A stretch of DNA of 64,000 nt from an uncultured delta proteobacterium (GCA_963767925.1 CAVYGB010000008.1:224001-288000), one strand, 5' to 3'; positions 45,854 through 58,922 are shown, counted from the first letter of the stretch. Notes: a model not told the origin generated them from the letters alone. A program made the numbers and translations.

Positions 45854-46471
45854 CTAGGGAGGCAATCCGACGGGATCCGCGCCGGGCGGTGTCACCCCGC
45901 GCAGCCGCGCCCGTAGCGCCGGTTGAAACGTTCCCGTGGCGCCGTCGTGCACCAGCAGATCCACCGCGATGGGGCCCGTGCCAGGCGCATAGGTGGTGCG
46001 CACCAGGCGGGCCGGCGCGCTGCGGTTTTCCTCGATGACCACGCAGTTGGAAAAGTCGCCGGCCGGCACGGTCACGGTCCTGGCCACGGCGGCCACGGTC
46101 GCCGTCCCCCCGGTGATGGGCCACTGGGCGCCGAGCCGGAGCGGGCTCTTGAGCAGGAAGTCAGGTTCGCCGACCGCCGGGCCCGGTTCGCCCCGGATGA
46201 TGCCCGCGGGCGAGACCGCGTAGACGAGGCGCTCGTCACCCGCTTGCAGGGTCGCGACGTCCCCCTCCCGCTGCACGACGGCATAGATGGCGAGGATGCG
46301 CTCGTTGCCCTTCTCGATGTCGTACGCCCAGCGCCAGCCGGCCTTCAACGGGTAATATTGGCCCGCGTCTTCGGGGGGTGGTCCCGTCTCGGGACGTCCG
46401 GTCGGGCGCGCGGCGGCACAGGCAGCCACTCCCAGCGTCACAGCGATCGTCCCCCACCTCCCGCAACTCAT
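45854..46471 (-). CDS. Hypothetical lipoprotein (YYPL..G.W.Y / VTVPAG.F / YAPG.G family)
   Basis: Lipobox VAAC and the named motifs. Confidence 0.7.
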   Translation of the reverse strand: MSCGRWGTIAVTLGVAACAAARPTGRPETGPPPEDAGQYYPLKAGWRWAYDIEKGNERILAIYAVVQREGDVATLQAGDERLVYAVSPAGIIRGEPGPAVGEPDFLLKSPLRLGAQWPITGGTATVAAVARTVTVPAGDFSNCVVIEENRSAPARLVRTTYAPGTGPIAVDLLVHDGATGTFQPALRARLRGVTPPGADPVGLPP

Positions 46472-46600
46472 GTCGCCTTCGAGAATGCCGCAGGCCGGAC
46501 ACGACGGCAAACTCCCATTTGGGTGCCGGCGTCTTCAGAAAACTGAGGAGAAAACCTCCATCCCGGTTCGGCATCGGCCGATGCCACGGAGCGAGGGTTC

Positions 46601-46616
46601 TGGCGCGACCCTTGCT
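46601..46616 (+). promoter_or_regulatory. Sigma-54 (-24/-12) promoter
   Basis: TGGCGCG-ACCC-TTGCT, near-consensus. Perfect 16-bp palindrome GGCATCGGCCGATGCC at 46570-46585. GGGAGG upstream of ATG at 46653. Confidence 0.75.
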
Positions 46617-46652
46617 AATTTCGGTGTCGACCGGGAGGCTCGAGAGCAGAAG

Positions 46653-47600
46653 ATGTTACGCACGCGCAGAAGGGTGGGGCTCGAGCGGCTGGCAGGAGTG
46701 CTGGCCGCGGTGGTGGTGGCGCTGTGTGTGCTCACCGGAGCGGCCTTCGCACAGCCGGGGGCGGCCGACCGGACGCAGCAGCTCGTGACCGAGAGCGCCC
46801 GCCTGCGCAGCGAGCTCGAGCAAACGAACGCCCAGATCTCCTCGCTCAAGCAAGCGGGCCCGGGTGTGCGTAACGACTACCGCTTGCGAAAGCGGCAGGC
46901 CGACGCCGAGGCGCTGGCCCGCCAGCTCACGACCGTCGAGGCGGAGCTGCGCCGCCGGCGGGGCCCCGCGCCGGCGCGTCCGCCGCTGCCCGCCTCGCAG
47001 GAGCTGGCCGAGGCCCCCGCCGCCCTCGAGGCCCGCGCCGACCTGCTGACCGACGAGGCCCGCCGACTCACCCAGCAGGCGAGCGGCCTGGTGCGCGCGG
47101 CGGGTGAGCTGCGCAACCGGCAGACCCTGCTCCGTCGGGGATCGCAGATCGAGCGCGATCCCTTCGCCAGCATGGACACCTCCAAGCGCTTCATGGTCCT
47201 GCAGGGCGCTGGCCGGCCTGAAAACACGAACGGGCGAGGCGGGGCACCCGTCAACCCGCCCGTCGTCCCGCCGCAGCCGCAGCCGGTCCCGGGCAACCCC
47301 AGCCCCCCGCCCGCCACCTTCACCGGGCCAGCCCAGCCGGGGCAGACCGGCCAGCCGGGCCAGGCCCCCGAGGTGGTGACGACCTCCGCGCCGTCCGACG
47401 CCCGTAACTCGGGGGCGCCCACCACGCGCGCCCTGCTCGATCCCGGGGTGGCGGCCGAGCTCGGTCGCATCGAGCGCGCCACCGGCAAGCCACTCAGTGA
47501 GATCGAACGGCTGGATCGCGCGGCGAGCGCGCTCAGCACGCGGGCCCGCAGCCTCGAGGCCGAGGCGCAGGCCCTGCGCAGCCGGGCCGCCAAGCGCTGA
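46653..47600 (+). CDS. Exported coiled-coil hypothetical protein with Pro-rich linker
   Basis: Signal peptide ending AFA-Q; heptad-rich helices. Confidence 0.7.
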   Translation: MLRTRRRVGLERLAGVLAAVVVALCVLTGAAFAQPGAADRTQQLVTESARLRSELEQTNAQISSLKQAGPGVRNDYRLRKRQADAEALARQLTTVEAELRRRRGPAPARPPLPASQELAEAPAALEARADLLTDEARRLTQQASGLVRAAGELRNRQTLLRRGSQIERDPFASMDTSKRFMVLQGAGRPENTNGRGGAPVNPPVVPPQPQPVPGNPSPPPATFTGPAQPGQTGQPGQAPEVVTTSAPSDARNSGAPTTRALLDPGVAAELGRIERATGKPLSEIERLDRAASALSTRARSLEAEAQALRSRAAKR

Positions 47601-47663
47601 TCCGGACCGCTCCGCGCGACCGGGGGTCGCGGGAATCGCCTTTGGCGGAACCCCGATAGTAAG

Positions 47664-48830
47664 ATGCCGCCGATGCGGCTTCGTGCCGTCGCGCTCGTGG
47701 CCGTCTCCGTCGCTGCCCTCGGGGCAGGGGCCGGCGTCGTCGGTCCTGGTAGGCCCGCCCGGGCCGGCGAGCTCCTCGGCTACGGGCTGCGCCTCGAGGC
47801 GGGGGTCGAGCACGACAGCAACCCGGCCCGACTCGAGGAGATCTCGGGCGTGCCCTCCCGGGTCATCGAGGGCTCGCCGGCCCTCCGGCTGGTCTCCTCG
47901 GCCGACCTGGCCGCGGCCCTCGGGCAACAGGTCCTCAGCCTCTCGGGCGGCCTGGCGGCCAAGCGGTTTCTGCTCGCCGAGGCCCAGCCGGAGGACCTCC
48001 TCATCGCCGAGGCGCGGGCGGCCACCCGCTTCCGGCTGGGGCAACGCTGGGGGCTCGGGCTCGGCGCGGGCTACTACGACGTCTACCAGCGGGCCGACGG
48101 CCTCGGGGACGCGCGCGACTTCCGCTCCTTCACCCCGACCTTTCGCCTCGACGGCGAGCTGGGCGGCGCAACGTTCGGGGTCGGCGGCGGCTGGCGCTGG
48201 TTCACCTTCAAGCCCGAGCCGGCCTTCGACTTTCACGGCCCCACCGTCCTGCTGGCCTACCACCAGAGCCTGACGGGAGCGTCTGCCGACGTGGCCAGGC
48301 CGGCCGCCCAGTGGGATCTCGCGGCCGGCGTCAGCCTGGAGGATCGGTGGTTCCAGGTGGGCCGATGCCTGTCGCTCCAGAGCTGTCCTCCGCCCGAGGG
48401 GGCCCGCCCCCGCCGGGACCGTTTCTGGGGCGCCCACGTCGACGCCAGCCGCACCGGCGCCTTGCTGCTGGGGGCCGGGCTGATGTTCGGCTTCAACGAC
48501 TCGAACAGCTATGGCGAGAGCCTGTGGCGCCTGACCGCGTCCGGGCGGGCGGTGCTGCTCCTGCCCTGGCAGCTCTCGCTCTCGGCCCGGGGCGAGCTGG
48601 TCGTCACGCGCTACCGGGACGCGGTCCCGGTCGGCTACGACGCCATGACCGGGACCTTCGTCAGCATCGAGGACGAGGGACGTAGCAACCTGCGACTCGA
48701 GCTGGTGTGGCCTCTCGCGCCGGTCGAGGTCGGGGCCCGTTACACGTTCTACGGTCAGACGCCCAGCGCCGGTCCGGTCGAGTTCCGGCGCCAGATCGTC
48801 CTGCTGTACCTGGCGGTGGCCTACCCCTGA
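47664..48830 (+). CDS. Putative outer membrane beta-barrel protein
   Basis: Signal peptide, GVEHDSNP, alternating amphipathic strands, aromatic C-terminus. Confidence 0.65.
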   Translation: MPPMRLRAVALVAVSVAALGAGAGVVGPGRPARAGELLGYGLRLEAGVEHDSNPARLEEISGVPSRVIEGSPALRLVSSADLAAALGQQVLSLSGGLAAKRFLLAEAQPEDLLIAEARAATRFRLGQRWGLGLGAGYYDVYQRADGLGDARDFRSFTPTFRLDGELGGATFGVGGGWRWFTFKPEPAFDFHGPTVLLAYHQSLTGASADVARPAAQWDLAAGVSLEDRWFQVGRCLSLQSCPPPEGARPRRDRFWGAHVDASRTGALLLGAGLMFGFNDSNSYGESLWRLTASGRAVLLLPWQLSLSARGELVVTRYRDAVPVGYDAMTGTFVSIEDEGRSNLRLELVWPLAPVEVGARYTFYGQTPSAGPVEFRRQIVLLYLAVAYP

Positions 48831-48857
48831 GGGCCTGCCAACCGCGCCGGGCCGGAG

Positions 48858-50324
48858 CTACAGATCGAGGTTGTAGCCGACGCCGACGCTGACCCCGAAA
48901 TACTGATCGAGCGCGCCGCCAGCGATGCGGCCGTTCGGGGGGGCGAGGTTCGGGGTGAAGGCGAAGGCCACCCGGCGGTAGTCGGCGCCCAGGCGCAGAT
49001 CGAAGCCCTTGGCGAAGCCGAGCGGCATGGTCATGGCGGCGAACACCTCGCCGGCCAGGGCGTTGCCCCCAAAATATTGGCCCGGGTCGAGGATGTCGCC
49101 AGCGCCCAGCGTGTGCAGGTAGGCCGCGCCGGCCGAGATGGCGGCGCCGCTCGCCAGCGGCAGGCGAACCCCCGAGCCGATGCGGATCTGCTGGTAGGAG
49201 ACCGGCGCCACCTGGATGCGGGTCGCGTCGGTGGCGAAGTTCTGGATCTCGAAGACCTTGGCCACGTAGCCCAGCATCGGCTCGACCTGCAGCCCGACGA
49301 CGTCGAAGCGGCCCTTGGCCCCCAGCGACCAGTCGTAAGCGGTGGTCTTGTAGACGCTGCCCTGCGTGTCCTTCGACCCGGCGATGGCCCGGTTGTAGGT
49401 GAGGTTGCCGGCCAGGTAGGGCATCGCGAAGTATTCCAGGGCGAGCCCGGGGGCCGGAACCAGCGGCAGGTTGTTGTAGCGCTGCTCGGGCGCCTGATAG
49501 CCCTGCTGCGTCCCCCGCACGTTCTGGTTGTAGCGGAAGTTGCGGGAGAACATGCGCATCACGAAGGCCACGTTGAGGCCGGTGCTCCCGGGCGCTTTCT
49601 CCGTGGCGGTCGCCTTGGCGGGGGGCGCCTCGGCCTCCACGTCGGCGTCGGCCGGCGACTCGCTCTCGCTGTCGCTCGCCTTGGCCTCGGCGGCGGGCTC
49701 GGCGGGCGCCTCTTCTTCTTTTTCTTCCTGCGGGGGGGCGCGCTCGGGGGCCGGCTCGGCCGCCGCCACCGCCGCCGGTGCCGCGTCGGTGCCCGGCGAG
49801 AACACCGGACCTTCACCCCGGGCGTTGCGGGCCACCGCCGGAGCGCCGCGGGCGTTGCCCACGATCCCGGCCAGGCGAGGACCACCGCCACCGCCGATGT
49901 TGCGGATCAGGCGGGCCATGTTCATGCCCTGGAAGGGCGCGTTTCCGATCACGCCGCCGTCGGCGCTGCGCACGACGATACGCGCACGCGGCCGCCGGCC
50001 CGGCATCACGGTGCCGCCCACGAAGGCGTTGACCTTCAGCTCACGGGCCACGGCGGTGTAGTTGTCCGAGGCCCGGATCAGCCCGAGATCGGCCTCGACC
50101 ATCGCCACCTTCTTGGCCGCCACCACCTCCACCCGCGACTTGAGCAGCGCCCGGACGACCGCCAGCCGGACCTTCTCCGCATTGGGACCCTTGAACAGCT
50201 CGACTACCACCCGGGGCTTCTGCTGGGCCGAGGCCGGGCTGACAAGGCCCGACCCCAGGAGGATGGTCGAGGCGATGAATGAAACGAAAACGGCCTTCCA
50301 CGAGGGTCTCATCTGCGCTGCCAT
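48858..50324 (-). CDS. Exported protein: N-terminal alpha/beta domain, acidic Pro/Ala linker, C-terminal putative beta-barrel
   Basis: Signal peptide ASA-Q; terminal strand YFGVSVGVGYNL. Confidence 0.7.
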   Translation of the reverse strand: MAAQMRPSWKAVFVSFIASTILLGSGLVSPASAQQKPRVVVELFKGPNAEKVRLAVVRALLKSRVEVVAAKKVAMVEADLGLIRASDNYTAVARELKVNAFVGGTVMPGRRPRARIVVRSADGGVIGNAPFQGMNMARLIRNIGGGGGPRLAGIVGNARGAPAVARNARGEGPVFSPGTDAAPAAVAAAEPAPERAPPQEEKEEEAPAEPAAEAKASDSESESPADADVEAEAPPAKATATEKAPGSTGLNVAFVMRMFSRNFRYNQNVRGTQQGYQAPEQRYNNLPLVPAPGLALEYFAMPYLAGNLTYNRAIAGSKDTQGSVYKTTAYDWSLGAKGRFDVVGLQVEPMLGYVAKVFEIQNFATDATRIQVAPVSYQQIRIGSGVRLPLASGAAISAGAAYLHTLGAGDILDPGQYFGGNALAGEVFAAMTMPLGFAKGFDLRLGADYRRVAFAFTPNLAPPNGRIAGGALDQYFGVSVGVGYNLDL

Positions 50325-50367
50325 GGGGTCCTTTCCTGCCACTTCCCGGCCGAGGCGGGATCATCGG

Positions 50368-50408
50368 GAGATCAAACATGAGATCTCACGGGAGATCTCA
50401 CGGAGATG
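50368..50408. repeat. About 12-bp tandem repeats containing GAGATC(TC)
   Basis: GAGATCAAACAT / GAGATCTCACGG / GAGATCTCACG / GAGATG. Confidence 0.7.
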
Positions 50409-50417
50409 GATCCCCCA

Positions 50418-50447
50418 CTTCTAGCGATGGGGCTCAAATAGTGTCAA
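50418..50447 (-). promoter_or_regulatory. Sigma-70-like promoter
   Basis: TTGACA-N18-TAGAAG on the minus strand, upstream of 50324. Confidence 0.5.
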
Positions 50448-50568
50448 GGAACATCGCGAAAGGCTTGAATTTTTAACAGATCTCCGGTTCGCTCAGCGCG
50501 GCTCCGGGAAGGTCCGAAATCTGCATTGACTTGGCGGGGCAGGAGCCCAAAATGAAGCTCCGAGTTGA

Positions 50569-52422
<1,854 letters not shown>

Positions 52423-52426
52423 TCCC

Positions 52427-53698
52427 GTGGCGGCCCTGGACCGCCGGCTGCTCGCCCTCTGGCTCCTCTCGCGGGCGTTCGTCCTGGGGATGACCGCCCT
52501 CTACTTCGAGGGGGACTGCGGCACCTACTTCCGGCAGGGCGCGGCCTGGTTGGCGGGTGGGGTGCCTTATCGCGACTACGTGGTGGAATATCCGCCGGCG
52601 GCGCTGGCCCTGTTCACCGCTCTGGCCGCGGTGGGCAGCTTCCCCGCCTTCCGGGTCGCCTTCGCGGTCACGATGTTGCTGCTGGACGCGGCCTGTTTTC
52701 ACCTGCTGGCCCGCCAGCGCCGCGAGGGACCCGCGCTCCATCTGGCCGCCTACCTGGCCGCCACGGCCCTGCTGTTTCCCGTCCTGTACGTGCGCTTCGA
52801 CCTGGTCCCCGCGGCAGCGACCCTCGCGGCCTGGATCCTGCTCGAGCCGGTGGCCCGCGCCGGCGGGGAGCTGTCCGGGCGGCGGGCGTTCGCGGGCGGG
52901 GCCTTCCTGGGGCTGGGGATCGCCTGCAAGCTCTACCCCCTCCTGCTGGTGCCGGTCCTTCTGCTGAGCGGCCGGTCTCGGGCCCGGGCCCTCGTCGCCC
53001 TGATCCCGGCCGGGGGCGCGGCCCTGCTTGTCGTCGCCCTCAGCTTCGTCCCCGTGCTCGTCGCCGGGGCAGGGCGGGCGGCGCTCTCCTTCCTGCGCTA
53101 CCAGGGCGAGCGGGGCCTGCAGATCGAGAGCAGCTACGCGAGCGTCCTCATCGTGCTCCAGGCCATCGTCCCGCTCGGCCTGCGCCACGAGGTCAGCCAC
53201 CACGCCCACGATCTGGCGGGACCCCTGGCCGACGCCATCGCCCCCTGGACGCGGCCGATCCAGGTGGTGGCGGTGCTGGCCGTCTCGTTCCTCGCCGGCC
53301 GCCGCCAGCAGGCCCTGGCCCGGGCGGGCGCGGCCGTCCTCGCGATCGCCCTGGCCAGCGCCAACGTGCTGTCGCCGCAGTTCCTGCTGTGGCTGATCCC
53401 GCTGGCCGCCCTGGCCCTCGCCGGTCTTCCGGACCGGACGACCGCCGCGATGCTGGTGGCGGCGGCTGGGCTCACCGCCCTGGTCTTCCCCGCGCTCTAT
53501 CCCGAGCTGCTCGCGCTGAGGGTGCAGGGAGCCCTGCCGCTGCTGGTTCGAAACGGTCTCCTGGTGGCGCTGGCTGTGAGGCTATGTGGACCGGGCGGTT
53601 ACCGCGGCCGGACTTGCCAGGCGCCGTTACATGCCACAAGCAATACATGTACCACCCGGCCAAATCAGCCTTTACCCCGGGAAGAGCGGGGCCTATAA
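52427..53698 (+). CDS. GT-C fold glycosyltransferase (GT87/DUF2029-like)
   Basis: PYRDYVVEYPP, RFDLVP, KLYP, RGLQIES, VLSPQFLLWL; multi-TM. Confidence 0.8.
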   Translation: MAALDRRLLALWLLSRAFVLGMTALYFEGDCGTYFRQGAAWLAGGVPYRDYVVEYPPAALALFTALAAVGSFPAFRVAFAVTMLLLDAACFHLLARQRREGPALHLAAYLAATALLFPVLYVRFDLVPAAATLAAWILLEPVARAGGELSGRRAFAGGAFLGLGIACKLYPLLLVPVLLLSGRSRARALVALIPAGGAALLVVALSFVPVLVAGAGRAALSFLRYQGERGLQIESSYASVLIVLQAIVPLGLRHEVSHHAHDLAGPLADAIAPWTRPIQVVAVLAVSFLAGRRQQALARAGAAVLAIALASANVLSPQFLLWLIPLAALALAGLPDRTTAAMLVAAAGLTALVFPALYPELLALRVQGALPLLVRNGLLVALAVRLCGPGGYRGRTCQAPLHATSNTCTTRPNQPLPREERGL

Positions 53699-53748
53699 CA
53701 ACCACGGTGCCCGAGATCGATAAATGACACAGCGTGCGGGGTGAACTG

Positions 53749-55249
53749 ATGTCAATGGAGATCAAACAACACCTCAAGCTGTCGCAGCAGCTCGTCATGA
53801 CGCCTCAGCTGCAGCAAGCCATCAAGCTGCTGCAGCTCTCCCGGATGGAGCTGGTCGACATGATCCGGGACGAGATGCTGGAAAACCCGGTCCTGGAGGA
53901 CTCGGTCGAGTCCCAGGCCGAGCAGCAGAAGGCGACCCCGGCCGAGCTGGCCGCCGACACCCAGGCCGAGCGGATCGGCGAGACCGATAGCCCGGTCGGC
54001 GAGCCGCTTTCCGAGAAGATGATGGAGACCACAGCGGAGGTGAAGGCCGACACCCGCTCGGACGAGGCGGTCAAGGACTTCGACTGGGAGGCCTACCTCG
54101 AGAACCAGGCCTCCAGCCCACCCCTGCCGTCTTACCGCGCCAACTCCGACGACCTGCCCTCGCTGGAATCGACGCTGACCCGCGGCACCTCGCTGTTCGG
54201 CCACCTCGAGTGGCAGATCAAGCTGGGCCACTTCGTCCAGCAGGAGGAGGCGGTCGCGCTCCTCATCATCGGCAACCTCACCCCGGACGGCTACCTGGAC
54301 CAGCCGCTCGACGAGATCGCCGAGGAGGCCAGCGTGCCCCTCGAGTTCGCCGAGGCGGTGCTCGAAGAAGGTGCAGGAGCTGGACCCCCCGGGCGTCGCG
54401 GCCCGCAACCTGCAGGAGTGCCTCCTGCATCCAGGCCAAACACGTGGGGGCCGACGACGACGTCGTCATCGGAATCATCACGCGGCACCTCGGGAATCTG
54501 GAGAAGAAGAACTACGGCGCGGTCGCCAAGGACCTCAACCAGCCGCTCGACGAGATCTACGAGGCGGCCAAGGTGGTCATGGCGTTCGACCCCAAGCCGG
54601 GACGCGCCTACACCGACGAGGATCCGGCCTACATCTCCCCGGATGTGTTCATCCACAAGGTCGGCGAGAAGTACTTCGTGGTGGCCAACGACGACGGCCT
54701 GCCGAAGCTGAAGATCTCCGACTTCTACCGCGCTGCGCTGCACGGCGGGCGCCAAGGCCAAGGAGTACATCCAGGAGCGCCTCCGGAGCGCGCAGTGGCT
54801 GATTCGCTCCATCCAGCAGCGCCAGCGGACCATCGTGCGGGTCACCGAGTCGATCCTCCGGTTCCAGCGGGAGTTCTTCGACAAGGGCCCGGCCTACCTG
54901 CGGCCGCTCATCCTCCGGGACGTGGCCGAGGACATCGGGATGCACGAATCGACCGTGTCGCGGGTCACCACCAACAAGTACGTCCACACCCCGCAGGGGC
55001 TGTTCGAGCTGAAGTACTTCTTCAACTCGGGCATCGCCCGCACCGACGGCGACGACCTGGCCTCCGAGGCGGTCAAGCTGAAGATCAAGCAGATCATCTC
55101 GCGGAGAGGACCCGCGTCACCCACACTCGGACCAGAAGATCGTCGAGCTGCTCGCCGACCAGAGCATCGAGATCGCCCGCCGAACTGTTGCGAAGTACCG
55201 CGAGCAGCTTAAGATCTTGTCGAGCAGCAAGCGCCGACAAGTGTTTTAG
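53749..55249 (+). CDS. rpoN: RNA polymerase sigma-54 factor, 4 apparent frameshifts
   Basis: [56 protein letters not shown], RpoN box ARRTVAKYR at about 55175-55201. Shifts near 54365, 54428, 54749 and 55103. Confidence 0.95.
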
Positions 55250-55310
55250 AAATCTCGGCCTCCCCCCGGCTGCCGGCGCTCGTGCTGCCGAACCAAGGAG
55301 GCACGCCCGG

Positions 55311-55988
55311 ATGCACCTGGCCACCACGTTCCGCCACATGGATGTCTCGCAGGCTGTGAAGTCCTACGCCGAGGAGCGGCTGCAGAAGATCCGCAAGTAC
55401 TTCCAGGGCGACCCCATCGCGGCCCACGCGATCTTCGCGGTCGAGCGCAACCACAACCACATGGCGGAGTTCCAGATCACCCTGCCCAACGGCATCGTCA
55501 TCCAGGCCCGGGAGACGACCGAGGACATGTACTCCTCGATCGACCTGGCGGGGGCCCGCATCGAGCGGCAGGTGCGCAAGTGGAAGGACAAGATCCGCGA
55601 CCACAAGCCCCACGGCGGGCCCAGCTTCTCCATCCGCCAGCGGGTCATCGAGTCGGGTCCCTTCGAGCCACGGCCCGGTCGGGTGACGCTGGCCCGGGGT
55701 GGCCGCCTGACCCGGGGGCGGTCCCCGGGGTCGGCCCGCACCGACGGTCAGAGCGCTCGCCTGAGGGCCGCGGTGAGCCCGCCACCGGCACCGGCGATCA
55801 AGGTCATCCGGGAGCAGACTTTCACCGTCCGGGCCATGCGGGTTGACGACGCCGTCATGCAGATGAACCTGGTTGAGAACGAATTCTTCGTCTTCCTGGA
55901 CGTAGACACGGAGGCGGTTTCAGTCGTATACCGCCGCAAAGATGGCAACTATGGGCTCATCGAGACCGGCGCCCGACTACCCGCCTGA
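55311..55988 (+). CDS. hpf: Long ribosome hibernation promoting factor
   Basis: TTFRHMD, DMYSSID..IERQVRKWK, C-terminal M.VDDAVMQM..VVYRRKDGNYGLIE. Confidence 0.92.
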   Translation: MHLATTFRHMDVSQAVKSYAEERLQKIRKYFQGDPIAAHAIFAVERNHNHMAEFQITLPNGIVIQARETTEDMYSSIDLAGARIERQVRKWKDKIRDHKPHGGPSFSIRQRVIESGPFEPRPGRVTLARGGRLTRGRSPGSARTDGQSARLRAAVSPPPAPAIKVIREQTFTVRAMRVDDAVMQMNLVENEFFVFLDVDTEAVSVVYRRKDGNYGLIETGARLPA

Positions 55989-56142
55989 GCCGGGCTCGCC
56001 CGAGCCGGGTCCCCCCGTGCTCGGGCCACCCGGGATCGGGCCGTCCAGAAGCGGCCCGCCCGGGATTGGATCGCCCGCCGGAAACATCGGCGCTAACGTC
56101 TACCGGCGCACTTACCGATAAGACTTAGCAGAACCTGCCGCG

Positions 56143-56604
56143 ATGAAGGTCGTCGATTTCCTCCGTCCCGAATTGGTGATCGCTCAGCTGGGATCGTCGG
56201 CCAAGAGCGATGTCCTGGCCGAGATGTCGCGACACCTGGCCCGCCATCAGAAGGGCATCGATCCAGCCGCCCTCCGCAAGGTGCTCGAGGAGCGGGAGCT
56301 GCTCGCCTCGACCGCCATCGGGGACGGCATCGCCATCCCCCACGGCAAGCTCGACTCCGTCGATCAGCTGGTGGGGACCCTGGGCCGCTCGGTGGCGGGC
56401 CTGGAGTTCGACTCCATCGATGGCAAGCCGACCCACCTGGTCTTCATGCTGGTGGCGCCCTCCAGCTCGACCGGGATCCACCTCAAGGCGCTGGCCCGCC
56501 TGTCGCGGCTGTTCCGGGACGCGGACTTTCGCCGCCGCCTCATCGAGGCCAGCGACGCGGCGGCCATGTACCGCGTGATCTCCGAGGAAGACGCGAAGTA
56601 CTAG
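56143..56604 (+). CDS. ptsN: PTS IIA(Ntr)
   Basis: ERE..STAIGDGIAIPHGK, FDSIDGKP, HLKALARLSR. Confidence 0.92.
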   Translation: MKVVDFLRPELVIAQLGSSAKSDVLAEMSRHLARHQKGIDPAALRKVLEERELLASTAIGDGIAIPHGKLDSVDQLVGTLGRSVAGLEFDSIDGKPTHLVFMLVAPSSSTGIHLKALARLSRLFRDADFRRRLIEASDAAAMYRVISEEDAKY

Positions 56605-56623
56605 ACCCAGGAGGGCCTGTTCA

Positions 56624-57596
56624 ATGTCGGCCCGCGTGCCGAGCTTCACGGTTCGTAGCCTGCTCGGTTCCGAGACCGCGCTGGGCCTCGAGCTCCTGGC
56701 GGGCGGCGCGGGCCTCGACCGCCGTATCACCGTGCCCCGCATCCAGAAGCCGGGGCTGGCGCTGGCCGGTTACCTGCAACAGGTCCACCCCGAACGGGTC
56801 CAGATCCTGGGGTCGACCGAGCTCGGCTACCTGCAGAGCCTCCCCTCGGAGGAGGCCCGCCGCGGGCATCGACGGCTTTCTGGGGGTGGGGCCCGCCTGC
56901 GTGCTCGTCACCAAGGGCCTGGATGTCCCCATGGACCTGCTCGAGCTGGGCAACGAGGCCCGGGTGCCGATCCTGCGCAGCAAGCTCCCCTCGTCGACGG
57001 TCATCGACGGTATCGAGCGGTTCATGGAGTATGCTCTGGCGCCGAGCGCGAGCATTCACGGGGTGCTGGTCGACGTGCTGGGGGTGGGTGTGTTGCTGTT
57101 CGGGCGCAGCAGCGTCGGCAAGTCGGAGGCGGCGCTCGAGCTCATCATGCGCGGCTTCCGGCTGGTCGCAGACGACCTGGTGGAGGTCCGGCGACTGGCG
57201 GGGGAGGTGCTCCTGGGGCGGGCCTCCGAGCTGATCAAGCACCACATGGAAATCCGGGGTCTGGGTATCATCAACATCAAGGACATGTTCGGGGTGGCGG
57301 CGGTCCGCGACGAGAAGAAGATCGAGCTCGTGCTGGAGCTGCACCCCTGGACCGAGAGCGAAAGCGTGGACCGCCTGGGCATCGACGACCTGACCTACGA
57401 GATCCTGGGCGTGAAGGTGCCCATGTTGTGCATCCCGGTGTCGCCGGGCCGGAACGTCAGCTCGCTCATCGAGGTGGCGGCCCGCAACCGGCTTTTGCAG
57501 GTCCGGGGCCACCACTCGGCCCGTGAGTTCCAGGAGCGCCTGGACCAGGCCCTCGAGGCGGCCCGCGAGCACCGGCAGCGGGGGGACGTCGAATGA
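56624..57596 (+). CDS. hprK: HPr kinase/phosphorylase, 1 apparent frameshift near 56865
   Basis: IQKPGLALAGY..ERVQILG, HGVLVDV.GVGVL..G.S.VGKSE, LVADD, EIRGLGIINI, PGRN. Confidence 0.93.
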
Positions 57597-58454
57597 AGGT
57601 CGTGGTGGTCACGGGCGTCTCGGGCGCCGGCAAGTCGACGGCCCTGCGGGCCCTGGAGGACCTGGGGTTCTACTGCGCCGACAACCTACCCATGCCCCTG
57701 CTGCCGAAGTTCATCGAGCTGCTGGCGGCGCGCGAGGAGGTCTCCCGGGCCGCCCTGGTCGTCGACGCCCGCAGCGGGGACTTCCTCGAGGACGCCGCGC
57801 CCACCCTGGAGGCGGTGCGGGCGGCCGGCCACTCGATCGAGGTGCTGTTCCTCGACGCCCCCGACGACGTCCTCATCCGCCGCTTCTCCGAGACCCGCCG
57901 GCGCCATCCCCTCTCGGGCAGCAACGTGCGCGAGGGGCTCGCGGCCGAGCGGTCGTCGCTGGCCCCCCTCCGCCAGGCGGCCACCACCGTCGTCGACACG
58001 CGCGACCTGACCGTCCACGCCCTGCGGGCGCTCGTGCTCGAGCGTTATGGACGCAGCGAGGCGACGCTGGCGGTCACGGTGCTGTCGTTCGGTTTCAAGT
58101 ACGGCGTGCCCGATGGAGGCCGACATGGTCCTCGACGTGCGGTTCCTGCCGAACCCCTTCTTCGTGGAGGGCCTCTCCGGCCTGACCGGGGAGGACCCTC
58201 AGGTGGGCAAGTTCGTCCTCGAGAACCCCGAGACCCAGCTCTTTCTGGCCAAGGCCGAGGAGCTGCTGGCCCTCTGCCTGGCCGCCTTCGAACGGGAGGG
58301 AAAGTCTTACGCCACCGTGGCCATCGGCTGCACCGGCGGCCGCCACCGATCGGTGGTCCTGGCGGTCGAGCTCGGCCGCCGCCTGCGCACCATCTCGACG
58401 GTTTCTGTTCGTCACCGTGACGTCCACCGCGGGCAACCCGGGGCACCGGTGTAA
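57593..58454 (+). CDS. rapZ: RNase adapter RapZ/YvcJ P-loop protein, 1 apparent frameshift near 58110
   Basis: TGVSGAGKS, DNLP, RRFSETRRRHPL, SFGFKYG, DVRFLPNP, GCTGGRHRSV. Confidence 0.93.
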
Positions 58455-58468
58455 ACTTTGGGCCCCTG

Positions 58469-58922
58469 ATGCCCAAGACCAACCAAACGGATCCCCAGGT
58501 CGGAGTCGTGGTTATCACCCATGGCCGGGCCGCCGAAGCCATGGTGTCGGCCGCTCGATCGATCCTGGGCAAGCTGCCGGGCCTGGAGCGCCGTGTCGGC
58601 CCCTGTGGGCGCCGAGATGCACGCTCTGGTGGAGAAGATCTCCCAGGCCTGCGAAGATGTGGATCAGGGTGCGGGGGTGTTGCTGCTGGTAGACGTTCAC
58701 GGGTCGACTCCATTCCACGCCGCGATGACCATGCTCGACGGCACGCGGCCGGCCGAGGTGCTTTGCGGCGTGAACCTGCCGATGCTGATCAAGCTGGCCA
58801 ACCTGGACCGGACGCAGGGCCCCCCCATCGTTCTGGCCGAGGAGCTGCGCGAGTCGGGGCGCCGGTCGATCCGACTCGGTTCGGAGCTGACCGGCAAGGT
58901 GGCGGCCGAGGGCCAGCGTTGA
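58469..58922 (+). CDS. PTS IIA, mannose/fructose family, 1 apparent frameshift near 58589
   Basis: VVVITHG, LLVDVHGSTP, GVNLPML. Confidence 0.85.

Noticed and set aside
55640..55800. Unusual Arg-rich insertion in the HPF linker
   Set aside because: The linker is naturally variable and lies in the error-prone zone, so it may reflect compensating indels.
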